Source: Raillietiella orientalis
Taxonomy: Eukaryota
DNA: 64,000 nucleotides
Direction of reading: 5' to 3'
NCBI GenBank assembly: GCA_036172245.1
Contig: JAYWIR010000073.1
Location: 62,001 to 126,000, forward strand
Below, one piece after another: positions 1 to 13,214 of the stretch. Both the position numbers and the translations under genes were made by a program. The notes under the pieces were generated by a model. The model worked only from the letters and a program-made list of their open reading frames with translations. It was not told where the DNA came from and ran no database searches. Numbering within the stretch: position 1 is the first letter of the stretch; every line of letters begins with the position of its first letter.

Positions 1-195
1 TGGGGATTTCGATGGACGGCGCTTGCCCGGACGTTGCGTGGCTCCCCGGTGTCGGTGGGGTTCCGTGACGCCGGGAGACTCCCGCACTTTCCGCAGTCTC
101 GAAGGCGCCCTTCTCCGGGAAGAAGTTCTTCTCTCCACCTCCCATCCGAAAAGCTGATCTTCCATCTCCAAGATTCCACTCGGAGATGTGGATGC
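1..195. repeat. Left copy of a perfect inverted repeat (runs off the window edge)
   Basis: 1-195 is the exact reverse complement of 28681-28875, compared base by base. Identity stops abruptly at 196/28680. Confidence 0.97.
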
Positions 196-3100
196 TAACG
201 AGTCGACTTTGAAGAACGGAGTACTCGGCTTGCACTGCTGCCCAGTCCGTGGGGGTTGCCGAAGAACCTGAGGATTCAGTTGCACTGCTCGAGTTTCTCA
301 GGAGTTATCAGAATGCAGGTCCCCGAAGGCAGATCCGAACTGGGAACGATGCCCGTACAATCCCAGAGGATTGTGCATCAAATAAGCTCAAGTGAGATGT
401 CAGAGGATTCCAAAGCAACCGTAGGAAGCGTTCCAAGAAACCAGACCAGCAATACTGGGGGAAATTTTCAGCTCATGAGAGGACGGGGTTTCCGTGATTT
501 CCTTACTGATGGTTGCCGACAGTGGAGAGCAGACTACGGTTCCCCAGGAAACACCATCAGGAGTTCCGTTTTGCTGGACATTTGCCAAATCAGCCGTTTC
601 GGCTTCCGGAATGCACCCGCAGCATCGAGGACGCTCATCCGAGCGAAGAAAAAAAAACGAGCACTCCGGATTCGAATTCATCACCAGGGCGCTGGCTTTG
701 ACGCCTGAGGACTGTGGGAAAAGCATCCGCAGGAAGCGATTTTTGCTTTCCGAAAACCAGGTGCGCTCTTGCGCCCGGTTCTCTTCCCGAGCGGCCACGA
801 CAGGATCCGAGTATGAGGTTTCGGCATGCTGAAAGGTGGCACAGAAAGTGGATCGAAGCAGGAAACGACCACTCGTGGACTGGCGTTGGAAAGCATAGGA
901 TGCTTTCCTTGCAGCCGAAGAAAGAGAGACGCTGCTGGTCCACAGATCGAAGTTGGCACGGGGACGAACCTTCGAGGTCTCTGGAAGTGACGGGTCGGCA
1001 AACGAGGTGTTTAGCAAAGCCAGCGCGGGGGCCGAGAGCGTTACGAAGTCGGGCCAGCTGATCCTAAAGCTACCAAATGCGAGGCAACCCATCACCTTGG
1101 AAACTGAAACAGTCAATGAATCGAACTTGATTTCGAGTTTTGAGCAAGCAAGATTGCTACGACAACTCTTTTGCATTAGCTAATAATAGTTCACCGATAC
1201 ATGCAAAAATGCATAAATATTTAATTCGAGTCTATTAGAAAGGCAATGATGCGTATGTAACATGAATAACATGCCGAATAGTATGTAACATAAATTTAGT
1301 ACGCCGGTGGTTGATCATTTAATCCGGTACGTCCATATTTTCCTGGAGTCATATACAACATTTTATGATGGTACCACATGAGGAAATTTGGCCTAGTAGG
1401 TTAGACAGAAAGTCGGGACCGCTGCCCTGGTAACCGTGACTACTGCGTTGCAGCAGCTGTTCGCTGACAGATCGCCAAGTTCAGATGCCGCGGGAAATTG
1501 AGGAGTTGCTCTGCGATGACTCTTGACTCTCGACGTCAAGAGTCAACAGCCTCACTGCTATCGGCATAGCAACTTTAGCGAAGACAACCGTAAGCCACGC
1601 TTCTGGCCGATTCTCCTCTAACCAGCCTTCTGATGTAAGATAAGCATCCTGCTCGTGACCCAGAATGACTCCTCTGTATCCTCTTCGAAGATCACCATTC
1701 CGAGGTGCAGGCAAGTGAAATCGGAGCGTGAGGTGCATGGGGCTGACCTTATCTCCCGCCAGGACCGCTGTGGAGAGATTCCCGCTTAACCACTGGCACC
1801 TTAACCTGTCCCGGCGGCAAAGTCCCAGTGCCACCCTTTAGCCTTTCCCATTCATCCTTAATGCCACGCCGCAGTCATCGCTAGCCAGGAACAGGGAGCT
1901 TTGGCAGGGGACGAGGTGGGCAAATCTGTTGAGAGAACTGTGAATTATTCTGGACCCGTTGCCAAGGAGAGAGAGGCGTCGTTTGCACTGCTGCTTTGAA
2001 GTGTTTCTCTGTACCCGGAGACAGAGAGGAGGCGTGCAGGAAGGAAGCTTTCGAGAGCCCTGTAAACCTGCAATCTCCAGATGAGAAGGGCGTGCCGTCC
2101 TTTTGCTGTGGATCTCTCGTGACTGAAAGCCCCTGACAACGTGCCTGCCTTTGGGCTAGAGCCTTCCCACAGAATTCAACTGGAATTTCGAAGGAGGAAA
2201 AGAAAGCAAATGTGAACCGACTCTGTGGGTCACACACCATCTTTGGTGCGCGCCTCTCAGTGCATCCCGCAACGTTCTAGCTCCAGCCCCCCTTGTAGTG
2301 GGTTTCGGTTGAACCTTGGAAACGTGGAGGCTGGATAAGAAGATCACTTTGATCTGCGCGAGTCTGGCAACACCAGTGTCCATCGTCAGCTTCCACGTTG
2401 GCCTGATGAGGAGCCAACCGGATCTCTCGAGTCGATGCGTCCACCCAGCTACCGAAAAGTGGACTACGTCCTCGGTGCTTCCTGCAAATCTTGCGTTGCA
2501 TCGCAAACCCGGTCGCTCTGCCCTTAGGCGAGGCGGCAGGCGTGGTCCTCGCGGCCATTTTATTTTTGCACCCCCATGAGAAGGGCAGCTGCGCCACCTT
2601 CTGCCCACTTTGTCTTTCTGAACGTGCAAGTGACCAAAACGGAAGGTCAAAATCGGACGACAGCCGGTCCACCTTTTGATTCGGAAACGAGGATTACTCG
2701 TTCGGAGATTCCGAGATGCCAAAGCGAGCTGATGCTCAAAGGAACCTTTTCACCTCTCTTCAGGTCAACGTCCTTCGCCCACCGCACTTCCTGTGCGGCC
2801 GCAGAGACAGCGGCAGTCTGCTGGCATTAGTCCCGTCGGCAGCTTTCCCCCTCACCAGTTTCTTTATTTCTTTGGAGGAAGGCATCGAACGAATCCGTAT
2901 CAGGGAATCAGATGTGAACTCATCTCCGCAGGTGCGGGGATTTCCTTCGCAAAAAAGATTGCGAAGGAATTACAGCGATCGCATGGTGAGCCAGCATCCA
3001 AACACAAAGGGTTCCAGAAGAAAAGCGCTTGCGTATGCTGCACGGTCTAAAAGGGAAGACGCATGGCATGCGCTTACATCCTCAAAATCGCTTGTGCGGA

Positions 3101-4268
3101 TGATGACGTCTTCATTCTTCGTTCCTCCCTTTGTCTGCCAAAACGCCCGAAGCTCAGGTCCGTAGATAGAGGATTCTGTGGTGCAAAGGGCATGGGAACA
3201 CCGCAAAAGCCCCTCCCCTCTTTCCCGCACACACCGCAGAGACCCTATCACTAACTAGTCTCGCACACGACACCAGCAATCGCTGACCCCTACGCCACAT
3301 CCAATCCGATACCACCACCCTCTTGCTTCTCTCAGCAGTTTACCTCCACATTCCCTGCGCACTATCTTGCTTTTCCCATGAAAGTACCATCGTCTGTACA
3401 TCGAAACTCCTAGTCCTTATACAGTTTGGAACGAAAGAAATAGGAGAGCGTTCTTCCACACACCCACGACTGCGAGGATGGATTTTTCTGCTTCCTGACT
3501 CGAGCACGCACGGTAGCAAGTGGCCTGTGGACGCGTTCCTTCATGAATAGAAAAAGAAAACAAAAAGGGTTTAGAAAAGACATGCAGAACGTTCGAAGAT
3601 CCCATCCAGAATGAATGCCAAAGGTGTTATCAGCCCGGTGCAAGGTGTGGAGCCGGGGCGTGCAAATGGAGGAAACGAACCGACCCGGCGCAGCAGAGAA
3701 GCAGCAGTGGTAAATCAGCGCTGAAAATTCGTCGCGGGATCTTGGACCTGGGGGACCATTCATGAGGAAAAACAGGGAGAATTCGGAAGAGGCATGCGTG
3801 GCGAAAGACTAAAAGGCAGAGGACCGAAGGGGTGGCTGTAAGTGGCACGAGCAACGAGTGGTCGCATCCATCCGAGTTGCCATATCTCGAGCCGGAACGC
3901 AAAAAAAAGCAGGAAAAAAAATGCAAACGGGCCGTGATGAATTCCACCTATTTTTTCCCACGCATGGCAAGATCGAACCGTAGATCCAGGTTAGTAGGTC
4001 CAGGGCCGTACATCAGGCTAAATGGGAGTGCTCACTCGCAAAAAGGCAAGGTGCACACGTTCCTCCCGGAGTTCCGCAACCCCCTCTCCCTCCCCCTTTC
4101 CTCTAGGGAGAAAGGGGATACGGGGAATGTGCGGTCCCGCGTTCGCCGTGTGCATGGATCCCCGTCGCGAAGTCCGCATGCTACCTCATCACGCCTCCTC
4201 CTCCCATGGCTCGCACTGGGTTCTGACTGAGGCAGTTGGGAGCGGGATACGGAAGGGGGCTCTCCCTG

Positions 4269-4984
4269 CAGGAGCGATGGAAATCCCTTTGGGTTCCTTT
4301 CTATCTTGGCTGTTTTTCTTCCAGTTTTCTTTTTTTCTGGTTCGCTGAGTACCTCGAGAAGCGTCTCGCCCCTGTCGGCGGCTTACGCAGCTCTTCAACG
4401 CTGTTCCACGCCGCCCGGGGTTGCGTGGAATTCATCAAAATGGGAGTGCACCGTGAGGAAGCCGCCCTATGAGTCCAGGAAGGAGCTCCGGGGAAGGGAG
4501 TCGCGTTCCTCTAACTCCTGGGGAGGGATTCCCGGAGGGAATTTCCTCCTTGGTTGTCTCAGAAGGAACCCCAAATCTCTTTCCTTATTTTCTCCGCAGG
4601 GACCCCCGAAGGGGTCCCCTCCTGGAATTTCCTCTCTGGAGGGAACCGCTCCTGTTTCCTCCTCTAAAGAGAGCCCAAAAGGGGCGCTTCCGAAATGTCT
4701 CTAAAGGGCAGAGCTCTCCGATAGGAGCGGCACGCTTCTCTGAACTCTAGAGAGATGACGACACACCTACTCCACGGAGGGTGCCTCCAGAATGAGGGGT
4801 ACGGTCCTTTGCACAACCGGAGGGGAACTCCCACTCCTTGATTCCTGGAAGAATCCAAAGGGTCGACTCCCATTGTCCCGGTCACTCATCGGGACATCCG
4901 GTTTTGAGCCGCTACCAGCGCCGCACCGGAATGAGTAGAGGCCAACCAGAGTCATCTCGCGGGAGGAAATCGAACCCCCGACGC
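4269..4984 (-). repeat. ~700-bp repeat, copy A (possible tRNA-like/SINE head)
   Basis: The reverse complement aligns with 23951-24636 (e.g. shared gagatgactctggttggcctcta and tctctagagttcagagaagcgtgccgct), with substitutions and indels. A B-box-like GGTTCGA lies at the 5' end. Confidence 0.85.
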
Positions 4985-5547
4985 TTGATACTAAGCGCTG
5001 ATACCCGTAACCATGTGGCGTTCCGCCTGTGAGAGCGGGGCATCGGGGGGAGGATTGTCTCTAGCAGAAGGGGACTTGCAGCACTCTGAACGCAGGCAAA
5101 GAAGAAGAAATGCGCATGTTGCGTTTCGGTGCCTGGCAACCCCAGCGCAGCGTCCCATGGCGACTCTTGGATCGCCACAAAAATTTCGCAAATCTCCTCT
5201 TTCGAAATCGCACTGGGACTCACCATGGAGACTCCCCTCGTTTCCGTGACCGGGAAACACCCCGAAGCGCCAGGGCGAGGAAAGAACAATCTCGACAGAA
5301 AAAAAGAAAGGAGGATTGGAAATCGGGGCGGAAGGAGATCGTTCGTCCTTCGCGAACCCTGGTGTCAGCAGAGGCAAATAAGCAGCAGCTGGCGGCAGCA
5401 CATTTTTTTTTTTATTAGCCAGTGCGGAAGTTCGCGGGCGCCTCTTCTGAGACGAGTCGTCGCGGAAGCGAAAAATCCGTGCTTCTCGTGTCTCCGTTCC
5501 CGTTTCTTCGAGGACGAAATTCCCAGAGCAGCTGCAGAGGCGGACGA

Positions 5548-7563
5548 TCACCTCTGGAACGGGGGCTGGCTTTCCAGAGCATCGGCTTTCGGAGTGACGA
5601 TGCAAGCGTACACAAAATTCCTCAGGCTCCTGTTGTCCAGGAAAATGGCTATCTTCTCGCTGCAGACGTAAGGCAGAGAGCAGTCCCTGATGACGGAACA
5701 GTGGAAAACCTTGCTGAACTCCTGCACCAGCTTATTCCTCTTGTTCCCTCTGTTGAACTGGTTCTCCATCATGGAGGCGTAGATCGGAAACAAGGCTTTG
5801 TATTTCTGCGACTCGAAGAACTCGGCGACGCTTTCGTTGGCGACGAACGAGGCCAGCTCGTTGCCTCGCTTCACCAGGATGACGTGGTACGAATCCTCTT
5901 CCTTCATCCTTGCGAGTTCGCCCTGACACTGAGTCCGGAACTCTTTCAGTCGCTCCAGCCCCAACCATCTCAGCAGCTGCATGTTTCTGTCCCTCACACG
6001 AAATCCCAAAAATTCCAAATGAGCAATGTGTCTCAGCAGGAGGTAGACAGCATCTTCCGAGGTACGGCAGCTACCTTGGAAGGTGAGCGGAGTAGGGGTG
6101 TGCAGCAGCGTTTTCATGCACACATCCAGCGGCGTTTTATTCTTGCCATCCACGGCGTTTACGTCCGCGTCGTTTTCCAGCAGCGTCAGAAGAGCTCTTA
6201 AGTTCGAGTTCGCGCAAGCAAGGTGGAGAGGCGTCGATTGGTCGTCATCTCTCGCTTCCACGTCAGCTCCGTAATCCAAGAGGAGCTTCAGCATTTTGTC
6301 GTTCCCATTCTTCGAGACCCAGTGGAGTGCGGTCGCTTTGTGATTGTCTTTAGCGTTGATATCGGCCTTGTGGTCCAGAAGGATCCTCACGAGTCTGGTG
6401 TTCATCTTGCTGGAAGCAACATGCAAGGCAGTCGCTCCACTCTTCATCATGGCGTTCACATCCGCATCGTAATCCAAAAGCAGCTTGATGAGCTGCTCGT
6501 TTCCAACCTTCGAGGCAATGTGAAGAGCCGTGGATCCGTCCTCGGTCACCTCTTCAATGTCCGCTCCGTAATCCAAGAGGAGCTTCACCGTTTTCTCGTT
6601 TTGGTATCTGGTAGCGATGTGGAGCGCAGTCGATTGACAGATCATAGCGCTGACGTCAGCTCCATGATCCAAAAGAAGCTTCACCAGTCCTTCGTTCGTC
6701 CTACTTGGAGAGGTTGCGTACCCGCACCGTTTATGGTGGCTTTCAGTGCCAATGACGTCTTCCTGGTACAAAAGACGTTCCATAAGGTTGTCGTCACTTG
6801 CGTTGTATGAAGCGAGGTGAAGTGCAGTCGTTCCGTCTTTGGTCTCGGCATTCACGTCGGCACCGCGATCCAGAAGAACCCTCGCGGCGGCTTCGTTACC
6901 CTTTAACGCGGCGATGTGCAGTGGGGTCAAGCCGCCCTCTTCCCTGGGGTCGACGGAAGCATGGTTGTTCAAAAGCAGCCTCACCACTTCCTCGTCCCCT
7001 CTGAGGGCTGCGAAGTGAAGTGGCACGTAAGTCCTCCACTTTTCCAGGGAAGCAGCCGAATCGCTGAAGGCTCCTTGTTTCAGGAGCTCCTCCACCGTTG
7101 CGCGAGATCCATTCTTTGCAGCAATGTGAAGAGGTTGCAGCCCACTGCTGTCCGCAACGTTCACTTGGGATCCACTTTCCAGGAGCAATCTTACGATGCC
7201 CTGGTTTCTCCTTTCTGTGGCGATATGAAGAGGAATCCTTCCACCCTCGTCCTCAGCATTTACGTCTGCGCCTGCATTCAGGAGCATTTCCACAGTCTGC
7301 AGATCCTCGACAGCGACAGCCAAATGGAGCGGCGTCTCAGTAGGTTCATCACTTGTTCTGTTGACTTTGCATCCGTACCTTAAAAGCATCTGTGACACAT
7401 CACAGTGGCCGTTTCTAAGAGCAATGCAAAGCAACTCGTATCCCTCACTCCAGGCCTCCCAGAGACTGATGTCTATGGAATCAACTATTTCTCTAATCTT
7501 CTCGATCTGAGCCCCGAGAACTGCCTCACACAATTCGCCCCACAGCTTCTCACTTCCTAACAT
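5548..7563 (-). CDS. Intronless ankyrin-repeat protein with C-terminal PRANC/F-box-like domain (paralog 1, ~671 aa)
   Basis: Over a dozen TPLH/TALH...LL.xGADVN repeats. The C-terminus has ELARMK...FPIYASMM...LPYVCSEKIAIFLDNRSL. The ATG at 7563 aligns with the paralog N-terminus; the ORF track extends to a GTG at 7662. Confidence 0.9.
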   Translation of the reverse strand: MLGSEKLWGELCEAVLGAQIEKIREIVDSIDISLWEAWSEGYELLCIALRNGHCDVSQMLLRYGCKVNRTSDEPTETPLHLAVAVEDLQTVEMLLNAGADVNAEDEGGRIPLHIATERRNQGIVRLLLESGSQVNVADSSGLQPLHIAAKNGSRATVEELLKQGAFSDSAASLEKWRTYVPLHFAALRGDEEVVRLLLNNHASVDPREEGGLTPLHIAALKGNEAAARVLLDRGADVNAETKDGTTALHLASYNASDDNLMERLLYQEDVIGTESHHKRCGYATSPSRTNEGLVKLLLDHGADVSAMICQSTALHIATRYQNEKTVKLLLDYGADIEEVTEDGSTALHIASKVGNEQLIKLLLDYDADVNAMMKSGATALHVASSKMNTRLVRILLDHKADINAKDNHKATALHWVSKNGNDKMLKLLLDYGADVEARDDDQSTPLHLACANSNLRALLTLLENDADVNAVDGKNKTPLDVCMKTLLHTPTPLTFQGSCRTSEDAVYLLLRHIAHLEFLGFRVRDRNMQLLRWLGLERLKEFRTQCQGELARMKEEDSYHVILVKRGNELASFVANESVAEFFESQKYKALFPIYASMMENQFNRGNKRNKLVQEFSKVFHCSVIRDCSLPYVCSEKIAIFLDNRSLRNFVYACIVTPKADALESQPPFQR

Positions 7564-8589
7564 GTTGGTTACCACCGAAACGCTGATGCAGTTCCAGATA
7601 AGAGTGAAAGTTCGTCGGAAGGAAAACTTCGACACGCGTGCCTCCGACAGCACGAAGCTCACAAGACCAAAGGCTCCTTTCAGCCTTGGAATTTAAGGCG
7701 ACGTGCAAAATAAGCGCAGTCAGATTTCGAAAAAAAAAAAAAACGTAACCTTAGGGCACGCCGGCGCGCAAGAGGTTCAAGACGCCAGCGATTCCCTCGT
7801 CTGCAAGTTCAGCGCTTCGTCGTGACGTTGCGCGCCAGAAATCGGATCTCTGTGAGGTCCCAGATGAATCCCTTCTCTGGGAGCTTTTGCTTCCTACGGA
7901 ATACGGTTGCCGGATCCCGGAGCGTATCTTCAGGAACAGTCGCAGCCAACTCGATGGCCTGCTTGGGAATCCGAGGCAAAAGAGGCGAGTGAAATGCATA
8001 CTCGCAGCCAACCCTTCCAGCGTGAAGAACCGTCACCACTGGGTCGCAAGTTCTCTCTGTGGCCACTTCCATTGTGCACGAAGCACTCGAAACTCGAAAC
8101 ACCACTTGCCTGCACGGCACCCACGAGCGAAAAGTGCTTCGCACTTCCATGGATCCTCCAAACCCCGAAGAACCACCGACTTCAACGTGAGCTTCCGTCC
8201 TGCATGGCTTCGCCCTTCTGATAGGCAGCTCCAAAAAACGCGACCTACGATGCAACAAAACCTCCCAACAGATGTGTCACCAGCTTCTGTGACGACCTTG
8301 GGCGGTGACCCATCACCACGTAATTACACACACAGCAGGCGTACTTTTTGAATGTCCATCTCGTCACCGACTTCCATCAGCTGATGAGTCCGTAATCCGG
8401 GAAGGGCAGAAATGCAACCATCCTACTCCCACCTGCCACGTCGCTCCCGGGAACCAGCTCGGCATTCATCCGCTCCGGGGTCACAAGTCAAACGAGTAGA
8501 CCGTACTAAAAGACTGCCACACTCAATGATACGCATACCTACTCTTCTCCAGTGCCCATCGAAACCTCGAAGGATCACAAAAACGGTAA

Positions 8590-9030
8590 AAAACATTTAC
8601 GTTTATTCCACACACGCTAATGTACGAATTTATTTTGACATACATAGTTATTCATATTTGTTAACATTCATGTGAACGCATATATTCAATCACATTTACT
8701 AACATATATTTTAATAATGTAAATAATAAGCTGTTGACTATATTATTGATATATATGGAAGATTATGAAAAATAAATGTATATGCTTATTATATACATAG
8801 ATAATGTGAATATGTATATATATAGATAGATGCATACATATATATATCGAAATGTAATTACATGCATATATAGAGAGACGCATCTATATATATTTCTCTG
8901 TACGTGTATTAATTGTACATGTATACATACATGTATTTATGCATGCATATACATGTATGTATGTATATACATATATTTATATATATATTTGCATACACAC
9001 ACGTGTATATATATTTATATTACTTTCCAT
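8590..9030. repeat. AT-rich TA/CA/TG low-complexity island
   Basis: Degenerate tatata/tacata/tgtata runs embedded in GC-rich sequence. Confidence 0.75.
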
Positions 9031-9449
9031 TTTCGGAGTGAACCGCCACACATTGAAGGTAGTGCTCTTCATCTTCCACTCTCCCTCGCCTTCCACTCTT
9101 CCTTCCTGGTCATCGAAGTTGCGTTACGAGGGATGCCACAGCAGGTTGCGCTCATCGGACGCCCGTAGGCTGCATTTCCGCGGCGTCTTCCCCTCCACCC
9201 AAGAGCTGCTCCTCTTCAGAAGGTTGTCGCAGGATTGGAGCGTCATCCGCCCGTCGTCCGGGCCGACGTGTCCATCCGATGGGTGTCGCGGGAGCTGCCT
9301 CTTTTATCGACATACATCTGTGGGATACACCACTTAACGGAGGACTGCTCGCTTCGTTGCCGGGGTCACACGTTCCCAAGGGTCCAACGACGACGGCCCG
9401 CATTTCTGCATCGACTCCTTTCCTGGGCTGCTGGTCCTCACGATCCTGG

Positions 9450-11750
9450 TACTTGGATACTCTCTGCTTCCCGACGATGCTGACGGCTCCTACTCCATCT
9501 TCAAAGGGGAGAAAAAACGTCCAGCATCACCATCCTGTTGCCCTTTTGCAGTACCAAATCTCGCCTCCGGGCTGAATGAAGCCCAGGAGCGCGCTGATTC
9601 TCAAACGCCACTTTCCATGTTGCTGCTGCTACGGTGGGTGGCTGCTGTTTCGATCTCGTCCACAATCGCGTCTTTCCGTGCCACGTGCAGTCGAGAGTGG
9701 CTCGTGCAGTGATCCGTGTCACGTCAGGCAACACAGGTCGTCTCCCAGGCCACAACGGAGGAACCATCTTCCCTCCTTCTGGCAGCTCTTCTTATGAGGA
9801 GCAGACTTAGCCTTGCGGCGTGGATGAAGCTGCAGTCCGCAACCTGGTGGTCGCCGTCTGTAATAAAACAGCTCGAAGCTCCGGTTCAGAGCATGTCTTC
9901 CCCTCGGCCCAGGTGCTCCTATACCGGGAGTCGCCATGACTCCTCGTGTTGTGCAGCAGCTCTTACGAAGGAGGAAAAGTTTCTCTTCGTGCTGATGTAA
10001 TCAGTCCTCTCCCCGACATGGATTGATGGTTCTTCTCGAAATTTCCGTACTGCTCCTGATCTTAACGAAGCTTCTCTCCCGATGCTGTCCCTAAACTTCG
10101 CACATCCCCACATATTCTGGAATGTGCAGTCCGACGTAAATTCGCGCAGAACATCCTCCGTGGGTGGCAAAAGAATTTCCTTCAACACCACCTCACAGAG
10201 GGTTTCATGGGCTCATGCCTTGACGGCACCATCAAGTAAGGGTGATGACCTGGAGCAGCTGTTCATGATGAAGGCATCAGCCTCATCTAACAGCTTCATG
10301 AATCCAAAACAGCCTCTTTTCCTCGCTTTACAGAGGTGTTCCTTCGCTTTGCAAATCGAGAGATGCAGCAATGTCTTCATCACCTGTTTTATTTTATCAT
10401 ATAGCTATTTCCGGTCCCCTGACGCATTTTTCCAGTCTCGTGGTGTACGAGACTGCGGGAAAAGAAGGTATCCATAGCATTGTTTTTTTTTGGCCAGGCT
10501 GAAAGATGACAACCGAAGATGCGTTCAGCTTAGGCGATGATGCTTTCCTTGGAAGCAGGAGTCTTGAGTACAGTGATACCTCGGTAATCGACGGTTTCGG
10601 AACTCATCAAACTCAGTACTCGCTTCATGTTGACGAGAAAAAATGCTTCGACACTCGGCGCATGTTCAGCACCCGACACCCCAATCTCATGATGAATAAG
10701 TGAATGCTTTCGTCTGATGATAGTTCGCGAACAGTGCCGAACACCTCCATAGAGTGCCGTTTCCACTCGTCACGAGTTCCGGAACGCTTTACCGACGAGT
10801 ACCAAGGTACAGGTATCCCTGTATTTCAGTCCCAACGGCCCTCCTAGGTACTTATAGATCTCTGATGTATTTCTTCTGGGAATTGAACCATCTCAAACCC
10901 CGAGAATTCTCTCCACAACAGAAAAGGCAGGAGCATCCGGAAGGATGAATTGCTAAACCGGACCTATCAAGTAGATCCTCAGAATGGAGGCAGCCTATTT
11001 CTTAGACCCTCTTCGGAATCCACAAGGATGACTAAGTCATCGGCATATCACATAAGGATATTCCTCGCAGTGAATCCCCCCGTTACACTCATGGCTGGTT
11101 CTGAGGCGAATTCTGAAGGGACCCTGTTCTACTCCCTTGCGCAGGTGGGGGAAAGGCCTCGTTCCATGCTCCTATCCCAGCTCCGTATTCTTAGCACCAT
11201 GATCTGCAGGATGGCGTTCCTAAGCACGGGTAGAGTCCACGAAAGCCTTTCCAAGATCCAAGTCCAAACCGTTCCAGCATTCCTCGATCGTCGACATGAG
11301 GCACTCAGTCGTGTTCGCGAGACAAAACTCCGACCAAGAGCCCCACCGGAAGGTAGCAATCCCTTCTGCTGGGGGACATGCGACCTTGCATTCCTGGATC
11401 CGTTCCTAGGTCCTGTCGTTAGGCATCTACTTAGTGTGAAGCCTGTTGCCAATAAAAACTGACTTCCAGCTGCTGGTCTCTTCGAACGAGGCAGAAGCCC
11501 TGGGGATTGAAATTGCTCCCGGACAGTTTCCGGAACCCCACTGGATTTCAGTGACAAACTGAACATGAGTATTGGAATGGTGACTTCCGCATCAATCGCC
11601 TTCGATTCGGAGGATGCAATCCCTTCTACTACGGGAAAGGAATCCTCCTCCCTACGCAACAGCATGGAAACCTCTTCTTGCGTAAAGGGAAACGCTTCCT
11701 GGGGGCAAATCTGGCCGCTTCTCTCCCAAGCAGCATTTTCGGCAGAGGCT
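9450..11750 (-). mobile_element. Degenerate RLE-type non-LTR retrotransposon (NeSL/Utopia/R2-like) relic
   Basis: Ordered minus-strand motifs across frameshifts: QKGLLP (~11360), DLGKAF (~11250), YADDLVI (YADD 11047-11036), YKYLG (10856-10842), a decayed zinc knuckle plus DAIVDEI (~9650-9750), and ENQRAPG..RRDLVLQKGNRMVMLDV (PD..D endonuclease, ~9520-9605). Ends approximate. Confidence 0.72.
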
Positions 11751-13214
11751 AATATCCGTTTCCTTGGTGATCCGCGGTTGATCATGGGAACGCTCCTCGG
11801 TGGCCTTCTCATCAGCCGAGCATCCGAGCTCTTGTTGGCCCGCAGTGGCTCGCACGGCCCTCCTTCGATTCGCACTGTGTGATTTCCAAATTGAGGATTT
11901 GTCGTGAGGGCCCACCGTCAGCTTCTCTGCACGTAGCTCTGGAAAGTTTTCTATTCGAAACATGGCGTGCCTTTTTCCAAGATGGAGTCGCGCAAAGCCT
12001 CGGAACCTCCCCGCTGTGTTCCCTCGTTGTCTGGCAACCGATGAAAGCGATTCTTCTCTTCCGAAGATTGCCAGGTAAAATTTCCATCTCCTGCTGTATC
12101 TCTTCCCCCTCTCCTCTCTTTTAGGTTTGGTGACTGTTTTTTGCTTGGAGATGACCATTCCTTTCCATCATTGCCTACTTTTCCATCAGAAACCAAAGAA
12201 GGCATCGACTCGCCTTCCTCAGATGCTCCATCTCTTTTTGAAGGATTTCATCTTGCATTCCAGTCGTCTCTTAGCTTCCGTTAGAGTACTGTGAATGTCA
12301 ATTACATCCTCTTCTGCAACCCAAGAGAGGAAGTACATTGTTCCAAGCAGCATTCGAAGGAGATGAAAGAGCAAAGAAGAAGACAAAGACAGAGAAGAAT
12401 ACACTTCCGATACATCCTCATCTTGATCTGAATCTGAAGATTTCTTAGGTTCCCACCCCTTGGGAACCTGACACCGAAGAGAGTGGCCAGTTGAGCAGCT
12501 GAAACGGCGAGAGATTCAGCACCTTCCGGACGCACGCGGTTGGAAGGCCACCTCGGCCGACACGTAGTTCCAGAGCATCTTGCACCGATGACGCAGCAGT
12601 ACGTTTCCCAAATGGTGGATCACTGGTCCCTGGGTAAGCTCGCGTCGTGAAGCTGCATCCTGCAGCACCCCAGCAGGTCAGCGAATACGCTGGGGAAGGA
12701 AGGGGGGGTGGAGTGGGGGGTGAGAAATGTGACCACGCTGGTCCCATGGTCAAATCCTGCTCCTTCAACGTTCTGCATTGTTGGACCACTCTTGGCCAGA
12801 CAAGGCCAGACTTCATCTCCTTCATCGAGGCAGACAGCAGAGCCTCCAGTCCAAAAGCAGAAATCGCCAGCGATGTCGGAACGGAATTCTGGGTGTCAGA
12901 GGAAAAATCTGCTGATTATCAACGCAACTCTCGTATCACGAGCGATGAGAGCGCCTGCGGCTCTCGCCTCGGCAGTCCCGGGATTCGAGGCCACTGAGAC
13001 ATCCTCCCGTTCTACCACTCCCCCAATGCAACCACCCCCTTGCCAGCACAAACCGACCCCAATGCAAGCACCGGTCCGTCAAACTGGCCGCCCCGATCCT
13101 CTTTGCTTCCCAGAGGCGTCCGCAACGGAAGATTCCGCCTTCTGCTGCCTCCAGCCTTCGTTTCAAGGCGGCCACGCCTCTGCGCTCTTCTCAGCACGTG
13201 TTCCCATGGCTTCC

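Noticed and set aside
400..1176. 258-aa minus-strand ORF
   Set aside because: No motif; Ser/Arg-rich composition typical of spurious ORFs in GC-rich DNA.
5422..7383. Plus-strand ORFs of 155-259 aa
   Set aside because: Antisense shadows of ankyrin paralog 1.
8381..8412. CTGATGAG...GAAA hammerhead-like core
   Set aside because: Stem II does not close onto GAAA, and stems I/III were not found.
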